This document shows, piece by piece, positions 1-11,495 of a DNA stretch of 45,253 nucleotides. Within the stretch, counting starts at the first letter, position 1, and every line of letters starts with the position of its first letter. The DNA comes from Macrostomum lignano (taxonomy: Eukaryota). The notes below the pieces were generated by a model. It did not search any database. It saw nothing but the letters and a program-made list of their open reading frames with translations, and was not told the DNA's origin. The DNA lies in the NCBI GenBank assembly GCA_002269645.1, contig NIVC01000484.1, forward strand, positions 1 through 45,253. Reading direction: 5' to 3'. The position numbers were made by a program, and so were the translations under genes.

Positions 1-772
1 AACATTAAAGAGCCACTATGTCAGATATAATAGAGCCACCATGTCAAACGTTAAAGAGCCTCCATGTCGAACATTAAAGAGCTACTCAGCTACCATGTCA
101 AACATAAAAGAGCCACCATGTCAGATATAATAGAGCCACCATGTCAAACGTTAAAGAGCCTCCATGTCGAACATTAAAGAGCTACCATGTCAAACATAGA
201 AGAGCCACCATGTAAAACATATAGGTGACTCCATGTCAAACATTAAAGAGCCACATGTCAAACATTCAAGAGCCACCATGTCAAACGTTAAAAAGCCACC
301 ATGTCAAACATTAAAGAGCCACCTGTAAAACATATAGGTGACTCCACGTCAAACATTAAAGAGCCACCATGTCAAACATTCAAGAGCACCATGTCAAACG
401 TTAAAGAGCCACCATGTCGAAAATTAAAGAGCCACCATGCCAAACATTCAAGAGCACCATGCCAAACATTAAAGACCTACCACGTCGAACATAAAAGAGC
501 CACCATGCCAAACATAAAAGAGCACCATGTCGAACATTAAAGAACCACCATGTCGAACATTAAAGAGCACCATATCGAAATTAAAGAGCCACCAAGTCAA
601 ACATAAAAGAGCTACATGTAAAACATTCAAGAGCCACAATGTCAAACATAAAGGAGGCATCATGTCAAAAATATAAAGAGCAACCATGTCAAACATTAAA
701 GGCACCATGTCGAACATTAGAGAGCCACCATGCCAAACATAAAAGAGCCACCATGTCGAACATAAAAGAGCC
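1..772. repeat. 23-bp tandem satellite, block 1 (runs off the window start)
   Basis: Unit approx. ATGTCAAACATTAAAGAGCCACC (23 nt; three units translate as the 23-aa pseudo-repeat MSNIKEPPCRTLKSHHVKHKRAT). Copies are degenerate. Confidence 0.97.
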
Positions 773-799
773 CTATTTGTTATTTGTCTATTTGTTATT

Positions 800-851
800 T
801 GTAAAGAACAAGGATTCTATCCAGATGTCCCCCATCGGGGGCGAAGATTGC
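800..851 (+). mobile_element. Helitron-like 3' terminal motif, copy 1 (terminal CTAG missing)
   Basis: GAACAAGGATTCTATCCAGATGTCCCCCATCGGGGGCGAAGATTGC directly follows satellite block 1. It is nearly identical to 5445-5494 and contains a CCCCC-ATC-GGGGG hairpin. Confidence 0.45.
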
Positions 852-1424
852 AAATGAGTTGTCTGTGGGTATGCGATAGATTTCAGAAAAATTGGCTCAA
901 CCGATTTTCTTCAAACTTGCACCATTCGATCAGAAATTTTCCTGGGACGGTACATGCATCTTGGCTAAGAAATTGCTCAATTCTAAAGGGATTAAATATT
1001 CGAAAAACATGCTTTTTTGCAAAGGTCAAGCAAAATTTTCGACTTGAAATGCATTTTAAGAATGCTAGAGAAAAAACTGACTGGCTGAATTCTGATTGTG
1101 GTAATGATTGCATCACAACAAGTTCAAAACAGTGCGAAGAAATGCACACAAGACTTGATTGTAATTGCGTAACCATATTGCTAACTTGAATTTGAGACTG
1201 ATACTGGCTGACTGAGAAATTGATTATGTCATAACTTTTTACTCCAATTGACTTGCTGTAAGAATTGAATTATAAGGGCCACAATTCATGTTTCCAATTG
1301 AAAAGAGATAGCCCTGATGCGAACAGACTGGAATGCTAATGTAGCGACCTGGGTTCGAAATCTTTAGTACTGCAAAAAGATTTTTTTTATTAAAAACCTT
1401 AAAACACAACAAAACTGCTAAACA

Positions 1425-4400
1425 TCAAAGAAGCGCAATGTCAAACATAGAAGAGCCAACATATCGAACATAAAAGAGTTACCATGTCAAACATAAAAGA
1501 GCTACCATGTCGAACATTAAAGAGCCACCATGTCAAACATTTAAGAGCCACCATGTCAAACATAAAAGAGCCACCATTTCGAACATTAAAGAGCCACCAT
1601 TTCGAACATTAAAGAGCCACCATTTCGAACATTAAAGAGCCACCATTTTGAACATTAAAGAGCCACTATGTCAAACAATTAAGAGCCACCATGTCAAACA
1701 TAAAACAGCCACCATGTTAAACATAAAAGAGCCACTATGTCGAAAATTAAAGAGCCACCATGTCAAACATAAAAGAGCCACCATGTCGAACATTAAAGAG
1801 CCACCATGTCGAACATTAAAGAGCCACCATGTCAAACATAAAACAGCCAACATTTCGAAAATGAAAGAGCCACTATGTCAAACATTAAAGAGCCACCATG
1901 TCCAACATTAAAGAGCCAACATTTCAAACCTAAAAGAGCCACCATGTCGAACATTAAAAAGCCACCATGTCAAACATTAAAGAGCCACAATGTCAAACAT
2001 TAAAGAGCCACCATTTCAAACCTAAAAGAGCCACCATGTCGAACATTAAAGAGCCACCCTGTCGAACATCAAAGAGCCACAATGTCGAACATTAAAAAGC
2101 CACCATGTAAAAAATTAAAGAGCCACCATTTCAAACCTAAAAGAGCCACCATGTCGAACATTAAAGAGCCACCATGTCAAACATAAAAAAGCCACCATAT
2201 CAAACATAAAAGAACTACCATGTCAAACATTCAAGAGCCACCATGTCGAACATTAAAGAGCCACCATGTCAAACATAAAACAGAGCCACCATTTCGAAAA
2301 TTAAAGAGCCACCATGTAAAACATTAAAGAGCCACCATGTCGAACATTAAAGAGCCACCATGTCAAAGATAAAAGAGCCACCATGTCAAACATAAAAGAG
2401 CCACCATGTCAAACATAAAACAGCCAACATTTCGAAAATTAAAGAGCCACTATGTCAAACATTAAAGAGCCACCATGTCGAACATTAAAGAGCCACCATG
2501 TCAAACATAAAACAGACACCGTTAAAAACATTAAAGAGCCACCATGTCGAACATTAAAGAGCCACCATGTCAAACATAAAACAGAGCCACCATTTCGAAA
2601 ATTAAAGAGCCACCATGTCAAACATTAAAGAGCCACCATGTCGAACATTAAAGAGCCACCATGTCAAAGATAAAAGAGCCACCATGTCAAACATAAAAGA
2701 GCCACCATGTCAAACATAAAACAGCCAACATTTCGAAAATTAAAGAGCCACTATGTCAAACATTAAAGAGCCACCATGTCGAACATTAAAGAGCCACCAT
2801 GTCAAACATAAAACAGACACCGTTAAAAACATTAAAGAGCCACCATGTCGAACATTAAAGAGCCACCATGTCGAACATTAAAGAGCCACCATGTCAAACA
2901 TAAAACAGCCACTATGTCGAAAATTAAAGAGCCACCATGCCAAACATTAAAGAGCCACCATGTCGAACATTAAAGAGCCACCATGTCAAAGATAAAAGAG
3001 CCACCATGTCAAACATAAAAGAGCCACCATGTCAAATATTATAGAGCCACCATGTCAAACATTAAAGAGCCACCAAGTCAAACATGAAAGTGCCACCATG
3101 TAAAACATTAAAGAGCCACCATGTCGAACATTAAAGAGCCACCGTGTCAAACATAAAACAGCCACTATTTCGAACATTAAAGAGCCACCATGTCAAACAT
3201 AAAACAGCCACTATGTCGAACATTAAAGAGCAACCATGTCAGACATAAAACAGTGCCACCATTTCGAAAATTAAAGAGCCACCATGTCAAAAATTAAAGA
3301 GCCACCATGTCGAACATTAAAGAGCCACCATGTCAAAGATAAAAGAGCCACCATGTCAAACATTGAAGAGACCCCATGTCAAACATTAAAGAGCCACCAT
3401 GTCAAATATTAAAGAGTCACCAGTTCAAACATATACATGACTCCATGTCAAACATTGAAGAGCCACCATGTCGAACATTAAAGGGCCACCATGTCTAACA
3501 TAAAAGAGCCACCATGTCAAACATTAAAGGGCCACCATGTCAAACATTAAAGAGCCACCATGTCGAACATTAGAGAGCCACCATGTCAAACATAAAACAG
3601 ACACCATTAAGAACATTAAAGAGCCACCATGTCGAACATTAAAGAGCCACCATGTAGAACATAAAACAGCCACCATTTCGAAAATTAAAGAGCCACTATG
3701 TCAAACATTAAAGAGCCACCATGTCAAACATTAAAGAGCCACCATGTCAAACATAAAACAGACACCATTAAAAACATTAAAGAGCCACCATGTCGAACAT
3801 TAAAGAGCCACTATGTCAAACATAAAACAGCCACCATTTCGAAAATTAAAGAGCCACTATTTCAAACATTAAAGAGCCACCTTGTCAAAAATTAAAGAGC
3901 CACCATGTCGAACATTAAATAGCCACCTTATCAAACATTAAAGAGCCACCATGTCGAACATAAAAGAGCCACCATGTAGAACATAAAATAGTCACCATTA
4001 CAAACATGAAAGTGCCACCATGTAAAACATTAAAGAGCCACCATGTCAAACATTAAAGAGCCACCAGGTCAAACAGGAAAGTGCCACCATGTCAAATATT
4101 AAAGAGCCACCATGTCAAACATTAAAGAGCCACCAGGTCAAACATGAAAGTGCCACCATGTAAAACATTAAAGAGCCACCATGTCGAACATTTAAGAACC
4201 ACCATGTCAAACATAAAATAGCCACCATGTGAAACATATGCGTGACTCCATGTAAAACATTAAAGAGCTACCATATCAGACATATACATTACTCCATGTC
4301 AAACATATACGTGACTCCATGTTGGACATTAAAGAGCCACCATGTCGAACATTAAAGAGCTAACATGTTAAAAATACAAGAGCCACCATGTCAAACATAT

Positions 4401-5235
4401 ACATGACTCCATGTCAAACATTAAAGAGACACCATGTCTAACATTAAAGAGCCACCATGTCGAACATTAAAGAGCCACCATGTCAAACATTAAAGAGCCA
4501 CCATGTCTAACATTAAAGAGCCACCATGTCAAACATAAAACAGCCAACATTTCGAAAATTAAAAAGCCACCATGTCAAACATTAAAGAGCCACCATGTCG
4601 AACATTAGAGAGCCACCATGTCAAACATTAAACAGACACCGTTAAGAACATTAAAGAGCCACCATGTCGAACATTAAAGAGCCACCATGTAGAACATAAA
4701 ACAACCACCATTTCGAAAATTAAAAAGCCACTATGTCAAACATTAAAGAGCCACCATGTCAAACATTAAAGAGCCACCATGTCAAACATTAAAGAGCCAC
4801 CATGTCAAACATATACATGACTCCATGTCAAACATTGAAGAGACACCATGTCTAACATTAAAGAGCCACCATGGCAAACATATACATGACTCCATGTCAA
4901 ACATTAAAGAGACAACATGTCAAACATTAAAGAGACACCATGTCAAACATTAAAGAGCCATAATGTCAAACATTAAAGAGCCACCATGTCGAACATTAAA
5001 GAGCCACCATGTCAAACATAAAAGAGCCACCATGTCAAACATAAAAGTGCCACTATGTCAAACAATAAAGAGACACCATGTCAGACATTAAGAAAACCCC
5101 GAATCAAACATAAGAGAGCCACCATGTAGAACATAAAAGAGCCACCATGTCAAACATTAAAGAGCCACCAAGTCAAACATAAAATTTACACAATTTCAAA
5201 CGTAAAATTAAGCGTCATGCCAATTTTAAAGGAGC
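1425..5235. repeat. 23-bp tandem satellite, block 2 (~165 units) with higher-order duplications
   Basis: Same unit as 1-772, with TGTCGAAC/TGTCAAAC variants. A near-exact ~301-bp higher-order repeat is visible (2281 vs 2582, 2461 vs 2762), as is a 161-bp one (3537 vs 3698). Confidence 0.97.
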
Positions 5236-5444
5236 CACTATAGAGCTAAGGAAATTGTAGCACTAGCTACTTATTTTATGGTGGATGCTTACTTTTTCGG
5301 GATGCTTGCTATCTGGGGGATGCTTGCAATCTGGGGGATGCTTGCTGTCTTGGGATGATTTCTTTTTGCATTACACTTTATTAGAGCAGTTTGTCTGTCG
5401 TCTTTGTGAAGGCTTTATTTGGCTGTCTTTTTGTTACTTGTAGA

Positions 5445-5494
5445 GAACAGAGATTCTATCCAGATGTCCCCCAACGGGGGGCGAAGATTGCTAG
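5445..5494 (+). mobile_element. Helitron-like 3' terminus, copy 2 (hairpin + CTAG|T)
   Basis: GAACAGAGATTCTATCCAGATGTCCCCCAACGGGGGGCGAAGATTGCTAG|T: GC hairpin ~10 nt before a terminal CTAG followed by T, the canonical Helitron 3' layout. Confidence 0.55.
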
Positions 5495-5759
5495 TTTCTG
5501 CTAAATTTTAAACAATATTTAGGCTTTCAAATTCTTATTAGCTAATGATAATCCAAACAAAATATCTTCCTTTAATAAGTTTTTTTGAATATTTTTAGAG
5601 AAAGTATATTTAAAACATCAAATATGAAAGAAAAAAGCATATTATTGTATGCCTTTTTACACCTTTGCTATAATAATTTGGTTGTATTTTTTATTTAAAA
5701 ACATGGCACAAAGCATCAGAATGGTTTCTTATCTTTAACTTGAGTGTCCATTCTTTCTC

Positions 5760-6031
5760 ATGAAGCATCAGAGCAAGCAGCAGAGCTCAGCAAGTGGCAA
5801 GAGAGCCACACCATTGGCTGAAGCCGATGCACATCTGCGAGAGAAGCGCTATGTCGAAGCCATGCTTGCTTACTCCATGCTGATTGACAGCCCAGATGGA
5901 CAGCAGTCAGGCTTTCTGCCTGACGCCTATGCTGGTGAGTCTGACAGGCTGGCATAACAGTGCTTGGTGAGCTTTTAATCAGTGGATCATATATATTTGG
6001 CTACTTCTTCCCTGGTAAATCTGGCTTTATA

Positions 6032-6084
<53 letters not shown>

Positions 6085-6085
6085 G

Positions 6086-6160
<75 letters not shown>

Positions 6161-6215
6161 GTGTCTGTGTGTCTGTTTGTCTGTCTGTCTGTGTCTGTCT
6201 GTCTGTCTGTCTGTG

Positions 6216-6250
<35 letters not shown>

Positions 6251-6275
6251 GTGTCTGTCTGTCTGTCTGTCTGTG

Positions 6276-6306
<31 letters not shown>

Positions 6307-6337
6307 GTGTCTGTGTGTCTGTTTGTCTGTCTGTCTG

Positions 6338-6380
<43 letters not shown>

Positions 6381-6381
6381 G

Positions 6382-6424
<43 letters not shown>

Positions 6425-6425
6425 G

Positions 6426-6486
<61 letters not shown>

Positions 6487-6501
6487 GTCTGTGTGTCTGT
6501 G

Positions 6502-6540
<39 letters not shown>

Positions 6541-6622
6541 TTGTCTGTCTGTTTGTCTGTCTGTCTGTTTGTCTGTCTGTCTATTTGTCTGTCTGTCTGT
6601 CTGTCTGTTTTAGTTTCTGTCA

Positions 6623-6664
<42 letters not shown>

Positions 6665-6680
6665 TTTAGTTTCTGTCAGT

Positions 6681-6728
<48 letters not shown>

Positions 6729-7295
6729 TTTAGTTTCTGTCAGTCTGTCTGTCTGTTTTAGTGTCTGTCAGTCTATCCACCTCCAATGGTCCCGCAGGCC
6801 GCAGCGAGTGCCTCCGCCAGCTGGAGCAGCTGTACCACAGTCTGGAAGACGCCGATCGGGTCTGCCTGCTGCGGCCCCGCTGGCCCCGCGGCCACGCTCT
6901 CCGTGGCGAGGCCCTGCTAGCCGGCGTCAGCCAGCCGAGGCTCTGGCAGCTTTTCGCGAAGCGGCCCGTCTCGATCCCGGCGACGAGCTGCTGCTCGATC
7001 GGGCGCGTCGTTCAGTGGAAGAGATTCGCAGCGAAGCGTCAGCAACCAGCCGGCTGATGAGGCGGTCAGTTCTGCTGGCTGCCGGAGTGGCGCTGCTGCT
7101 GGCTCTGCTGGATTTGGCGGCGCTGGAAGGCCGTCTGCACTCGCTGCTGCCAGCGTGGCTGTTATACAGCCTGGCCTACTGTCTGTCATTTTGCTGCTGT
7201 TTCGGCATTGGCTGGGCGTACAGATGGCTGCTACGACAGCATAAGCGAGACCTGTTAAAAAAACCCATTGATTTGTTGGAGCACCTCAAGCAGAG

Positions 7296-7299
<4 letters not shown>
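5760..7299 (+). CDS. TPR-repeat protein with predicted C-terminal transmembrane segments (2 exons, ~225 aa; apparent 1-nt frameshift)
   Basis: Exons 5760-5934 (GCTG|GTGAGT) and 6798-7299 (CCCGCAG|) join in phase 1 to give [47 protein letters not shown], a TPR pattern. The frame shifts near 6925 into [18 protein letters not shown], then hydrophobic stretches ([16 protein letters not shown]; [26 protein letters not shown]). The start codon is uncertain. Confidence 0.75.
6031..6772. repeat. (TCTG)n microsatellite filling the TPR-gene intron
   Basis: ~740 bp of TCTG/TGTG/TTTG units between donor 5935 and acceptor 6797. Confidence 0.98.

Positions 7300-7376
<77 letters not shown>
7300..7376. repeat. 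(AG)n microsatellite right after the TPR stop codon
   Basis: Direct reading of the sequence. Confidence 0.97.
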
Positions 7377-7384
<8 letters not shown>

Positions 7385-7395
7385 AGGGAGAGGAG

Positions 7396-7638
7396 CAAGG
7401 ACCACTGTAGAAAATACGACGTAAAACTCAAAGATTGTGCTACTTTTTTGGACTTCGATTTCGTGGAAAAAATAGACTGCAGAAGATAAGAAAAAAATCG
7501 TTCATATTAAATCACATAATCAATGACTGCATTAATTTGATCAGGGGCAGTAAAGATCACATTTTTGCAGGAAATCGGCCTCGGAAAACACTACACGATC
7601 TTTGAGTTTTACGTTCTGTTACTCTACAGTGGTCCTTG
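7396..7638. mobile_element. MITE, ~243 bp, with ~44-bp imperfect terminal inverted repeats
   Basis: Left CAAGGACCACTGTAGAAAATACGACGTAAAACTCAAAGATTGTG; reverse complement of right end CAAGGACCACTGTAGAGTAACAGAACGTAAAACTCAAAGATCGTG. No clean TSD (8-nt flanks match 6/8 in low-complexity sequence). Confidence 0.75.
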
Positions 7639-8104
7639 AAGAAGAGCTGAGAAAAGACGCAAACCTTTAACGGGTCGGATTGCTGCTATTATTGTGAAGT
7701 TTCAATGGACCCTAAGGCCGGATAAAGAGGCTTCGTGTGCTGGAGTTTGCCGTTAATTTGATGGACAAGCCGGAACAATCATGCGTTGGCATTTTTTAGA
7801 CAATTGTTTCAATTTAAACTGATTTATTCTGATTAATTTTTCGGCGCTGATTTGACTAACTTTAAAAAGAAGTGCTTTTTATTGTATTATGTATTAGTTT
7901 CAACTTTACATGTAGCTTGATGACCCAGTCTTGCAATATGTTGTCTTGTTTATTATGAATATATTAAACAAAATAATTTTTTGCCTAAATAAATAATATG
8001 ATTGTAAGTTTTTAATATTTGATAGCTACACATTTATTTTTTTATTAGTAACATCGTTTTGTCTAAATTTTAATAAATTATACTAAATTATAAATTACAA
8101 TTAT

Positions 8105-8875
8105 AGTATAAAGTGGGTTTTATCAAGAGATTTTAGTATAACTAACTAGCTAGTTACTAGATATATGCCACTCTTAATCGAGGTTGTGAAAAACTAGACC
8201 ATAGTCTTATTTTCAGTAGTTGGTTAGTTTAAATTTATTGACGCAGTCTAAAATTTCCTCTCCTTCCTCGGGGGCTTTAAGCCTCCGCAGCATATGGGGT
8301 TAATAATGAACAGCACGCATTTAACTCGATGTACACCAGTGAACGAAAGACCGACGAAACTTAGCCTAGGCGGAAGGTCCAATCCGGCTCAACCAATGAG
8401 AGAGCAGTAAGGAGAGGTATGAAAGTCAGAGGACGTAACTCAGCCTAGGCGGCAGGTCCACTCCGGCTCAGCCAATGAGAGAGCAGTAAGGAGAGATGTG
8501 AAAGTCAGAGGACGTAACTCAGCCTAGGCGGCAGGTCCAATCCAGCTCAGCCAATGAGAGAGCAGTAAGGAGAGATGTGAAAGTCAGACGGACGAAACTC
8601 AGCTTAGGCCAGGCCCAAATAATCTAATTCAGCCAATGAGAGAACAGTAAGGAGAGAGGTCAAAGTCAGACACAAGCGGGCAAGAGAAAAGCCAAACTGT
8701 TTATCGACCTGAGCTTGCTGGGAATTTGGGAGTTGAGGCGCCGTCTCACCTCTTGCAAACACACTGGATTTTTCCAGTTTCCCTGCAATCAAGATGAAGG
8801 AAATCTAGATGAAGATGAATATGATAATTAAACGGATCTGCTTGTCGAAAGCCAGAGTCGATTGTCGCAGCGTCG
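8105..8875 (+). repeat. Dispersed element copy A, with four ~80-bp CCAAT-containing tandem monomers
   Basis: Monomers start at ~8353, 8432, 8511 and 8591 (GACG.AACTCAGCCTAGGCGGCAGGTCCA.TCCGGCTCAGCCAATGAGAGAGCAGTAAGGAGAG). Both flanks are homologous to the reverse complement of 21445-22225. Confidence 0.8.
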
Positions 8876-9130
8876 AAGACGAAACAAATTGTAAAATTTG
8901 TGAGTCTTAATTTTACTAATTTGTAAGGGGAAAGCTCATTATACTAGTAAAAAGAGAACATTATTTTAAGAGTAACTATAGAGTAACATCGAGCTGTTGT
9001 TCTACGAGTAGTAACTGCAGGTTTACCATAGATAAACTTAATCGATAAAATATCGATTTTATTGCAGCACTTATCACTACTGCAAGTATTAAAACTAGCA
9101 AATTTTTCGTTTAAATTCACAGCGACCAAG

Positions 9131-11109
9131 ATGCAGCAACACATCAGCCTGTCTGACTGGGATTTATCCAGCGGTAAATCTGTTGTAGTAATGACCGCCA
9201 CAACTCCCAGAGATCCCTACTATGGAAAATACTTCAACGAGATTTTTAATTTTCAAATCGATTTGGGCAAGAAGATTCTGTACGATGGCGGAGATAATTT
9301 CCTTGTACTGGCTGACCCCAGCGTGGCGGACAAGTTCGGTCTGGGTTGCCGGCCAAATGCGTGGCCGAGTACTTAATCGATGACATCTGGGTTAGAGATT
9401 TTGCGCCCATTGGCTTGGTGCGACACGCTTGGTTTAAGTGCGTTTATTATTATATCGTTAGAAACCTCTAATTGTCAAAATCTCGCCAAGCCGTGCCAGC
9501 CTTTCAGATCCTCAATTGCTGGGCCAGCCTTTCAGATCCTCAATTGCTGGGCCAGCCTTTCAGATCATCAATTGCTGTGCCAGCCTCTCAGATCCTCAGT
9601 TTCTGTGCCAGCTTCCCAGATTCTCAGTTTCTGTGCCAGCTTCCCAGATCCTCAGTTGCTGAGCCAGCCTCTCAGGTCATTAGTTGTTAGGCCAGCCTTT
9701 TATTGCTGAGCCATGCAGCCTCTGAAATCCTCACTTGCTGGGCCAGCCTCCCAGATCCTCAAGTTGCTGGGCCAGCCTCCCAGATTCTCAGTTGCTGGGC
9801 CAGCCTCCCAGATCCTCAGTTGCTGGGCCAGCCTCATAGATCCTCAGCTGCTGCGGGCCATTGCCGCTGCCCTCAACACAGATACCCATACAGACAAGCA
9901 TTTATAAAAACCGCCATCCGCAGGTACCAGCCCAGCTACTTAAACAAGTCGGAAGCATCCAGCGTTCAGCAGCAGTTCCGCAGATTTCTCAGCCTGAACA
10001 GTCACCTTTTCGGCGACTTGCACTCAGCTGCAGCCGGAGACCCCACAGCTGCATCTCTCCGACTCGACGGCGGAAACGTGGTAGACAATCAGCCAGCTGC
10101 AGCGCCTGCCGACTCCTTAGCCGTGGTAACTCGTCGAGTAGTTCGCGACAATCGACGTCAGCTGACTGAGGATCGCCTGATGGCTGTTTTGCGTCGTCAG
10201 CTGGATTGTCGGCGTCTGGCAGCGATCCCCGAGCCAGATAATGACACGACAGGCCACGCCGACGGTCTGGTGGCTTTCATTGACGAGAATCGGTTGGCTG
10301 TGCAACTGCAAACTGACGCAGGCAGCGATAGAGACGATGCTGAGAGTCGCCTGCTGATGCAGAAGCTCGCTGATCAGCTGGGCAGCGGCGTGCGGCTTGT
10401 GAAGCTGGAGGCTTCGGCACCCGTTAGACAGGTAAGATGTGTACGAGATTCCCTCACATCCCATCAGATCCTCAGGTTGATCCGGCATCTACCATATCTC
10501 AGTTGCTGGGCGACAGACTCCCAGATCCTCCTCAGTTGCTGGGCGACAGACTCCCAGATCCTCCTCAGTTGCTGGGCGACAGACTCCCAGATCCTCAGTT
10601 GCTGGGCGACAGACTCCCAGATCCTCCTCAGTTGCTGGGCGACAGACTCCCAGATCCTCAGTTGCTGGGCGACAGACTCCCAGATCCTCCTCAGTTGCTG
10701 GGCGACAGACTCCCAGATCCTCAGTTGCTGGGCGACAGACTCCCAGATCCTCCTCAGTTGCTGGGCGACAGACTCCCAGATCCTCAGTTGCTTGGCTCGT
10801 GTTTAAAGCAAATCCCCTTATCACTGCCAATCCAACTGTTGAATCCGTCAGACCTGGCGTGGATTCGACTCAGCCTGCGGCCTCCACGTCAACCTGCTGG
10901 CCACCAGGCGCAGTCTATACGTGCCGGTGTTCGGCTCGGATGAAGCCAACAGGAAGCTGGGCCAATCAGCGGAGCTGGACAGTCGAGTGCTAGCGGCAAT
11001 CCGAGCGAATACAAGCAAAACAGTGGTGCCAGTTGATGTACCGAATGCGATCTGCCGGATGGGCGGCAGCGTTCGATGCCTGACTTGGGCTTTCGCGCAG
11101 TCTTTGTAG
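9131..11109 (+). CDS. Agmatine deiminase / Porphyromonas-type peptidyl-arginine deiminase family protein (3 exons, ~357 aa; apparent 1-nt frameshift at ~9338)
   Basis: Exons 9131-9437 (TTTAA|GTGCGT), 9924-10431 (CCGCAG| ... CAG|GTAAGA) and 10852-11109 (CGTCAG|) join in phases 2 and 0. Motifs: [19 protein letters not shown] (across intron 1), [39 protein letters not shown]. The exon sum is 1073 nt, exactly one base short of 358 codons. Confidence 0.85.
9490..9855 (+). repeat. 28-bp CCCAGATCCTCAGTTGCTGG-family minisatellite in deiminase intron 1
   Basis: Units such as GCCAGCCTCCCAGATCCTCAGTTGCTGG. Confidence 0.9.
10460..10795 (+). repeat. 30/33-bp variant of the same minisatellite in deiminase intron 2
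   Basis: CAGACTCCCAGATCCTC(CTC)AGTTGCTGGGCGA, about 10 copies; explains the spurious [10 protein letters not shown] tail of ORF 9703..10806. Confidence 0.95.
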
Positions 11110-11159
11110 ATAGATATCGCCAAGGCGTGTACATACATGTACTATAAATGTTGAAGGAC

Positions 11160-11495
11160 CAATTAGGCGCCAAGGTCAAGATTTTAGCGCCACTGTCAAT
11201 ATTTTAGCGCTAATTAAGCGCCACGGTCAAGATTTTAGCGCTAATTAGGCGCCACGGTCAAGATTTTAGCGCTAATTAGGCGCCACGGTCAAGATTTTAG
11301 CGCTAATTAGGCGCCACGGTCAAGATTTTAGCGCTAATTAGGCGCCACGGTCAAGATTTTAGCGCTAATTAGGCGCCACGGTCAAGATTTTAGCGCTAAT
11401 TAAGCGCCACGGTCAAGATTTTAGCGCTAATTAAGCGCCACGGTCAAGATTTTAGCGCTAATTAAGCGCCACTGTCAAGATTTTAGCGACTATTA
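11160..11495. repeat. 31-bp tandem repeat, about 10 copies
   Basis: GCGCCACGGTCAAGATTTTAGCGCTAATTAG repeated just downstream of the deiminase stop codon. Confidence 0.95.

Noticed and set aside
301-4953. Repetitive ORFs (MSNIKEPP..., and reverse-strand MFDMV...)
   Set aside because: Translations of the 23-bp satellite in shifting frames; no splice structure or domain.
1-5235. CRISPR-like appearance of regular short repeats
   Set aside because: Units are directly abutted with no unique spacers, no cas genes are present, and the context is eukaryotic.
5960-6761. Long (SVCL)n ORFs of 194-259 aa
   Set aside because: (TCTG)n has no stop codon in any frame and lies inside a GT-AG intron.
6915-6940. 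Programmed ribosomal frameshifting in the host genes
   Set aside because: No slippery heptamer or downstream structure at any of the breaks; a shared CC/GG single-base loss is better explained by sequencing error.
10437-10943. Pro/Leu-rich repeat ORFs ([10 protein letters not shown]; [11 protein letters not shown])
   Set aside because: Intronic 30/33-bp minisatellite read through; the real exon ends at 10431.
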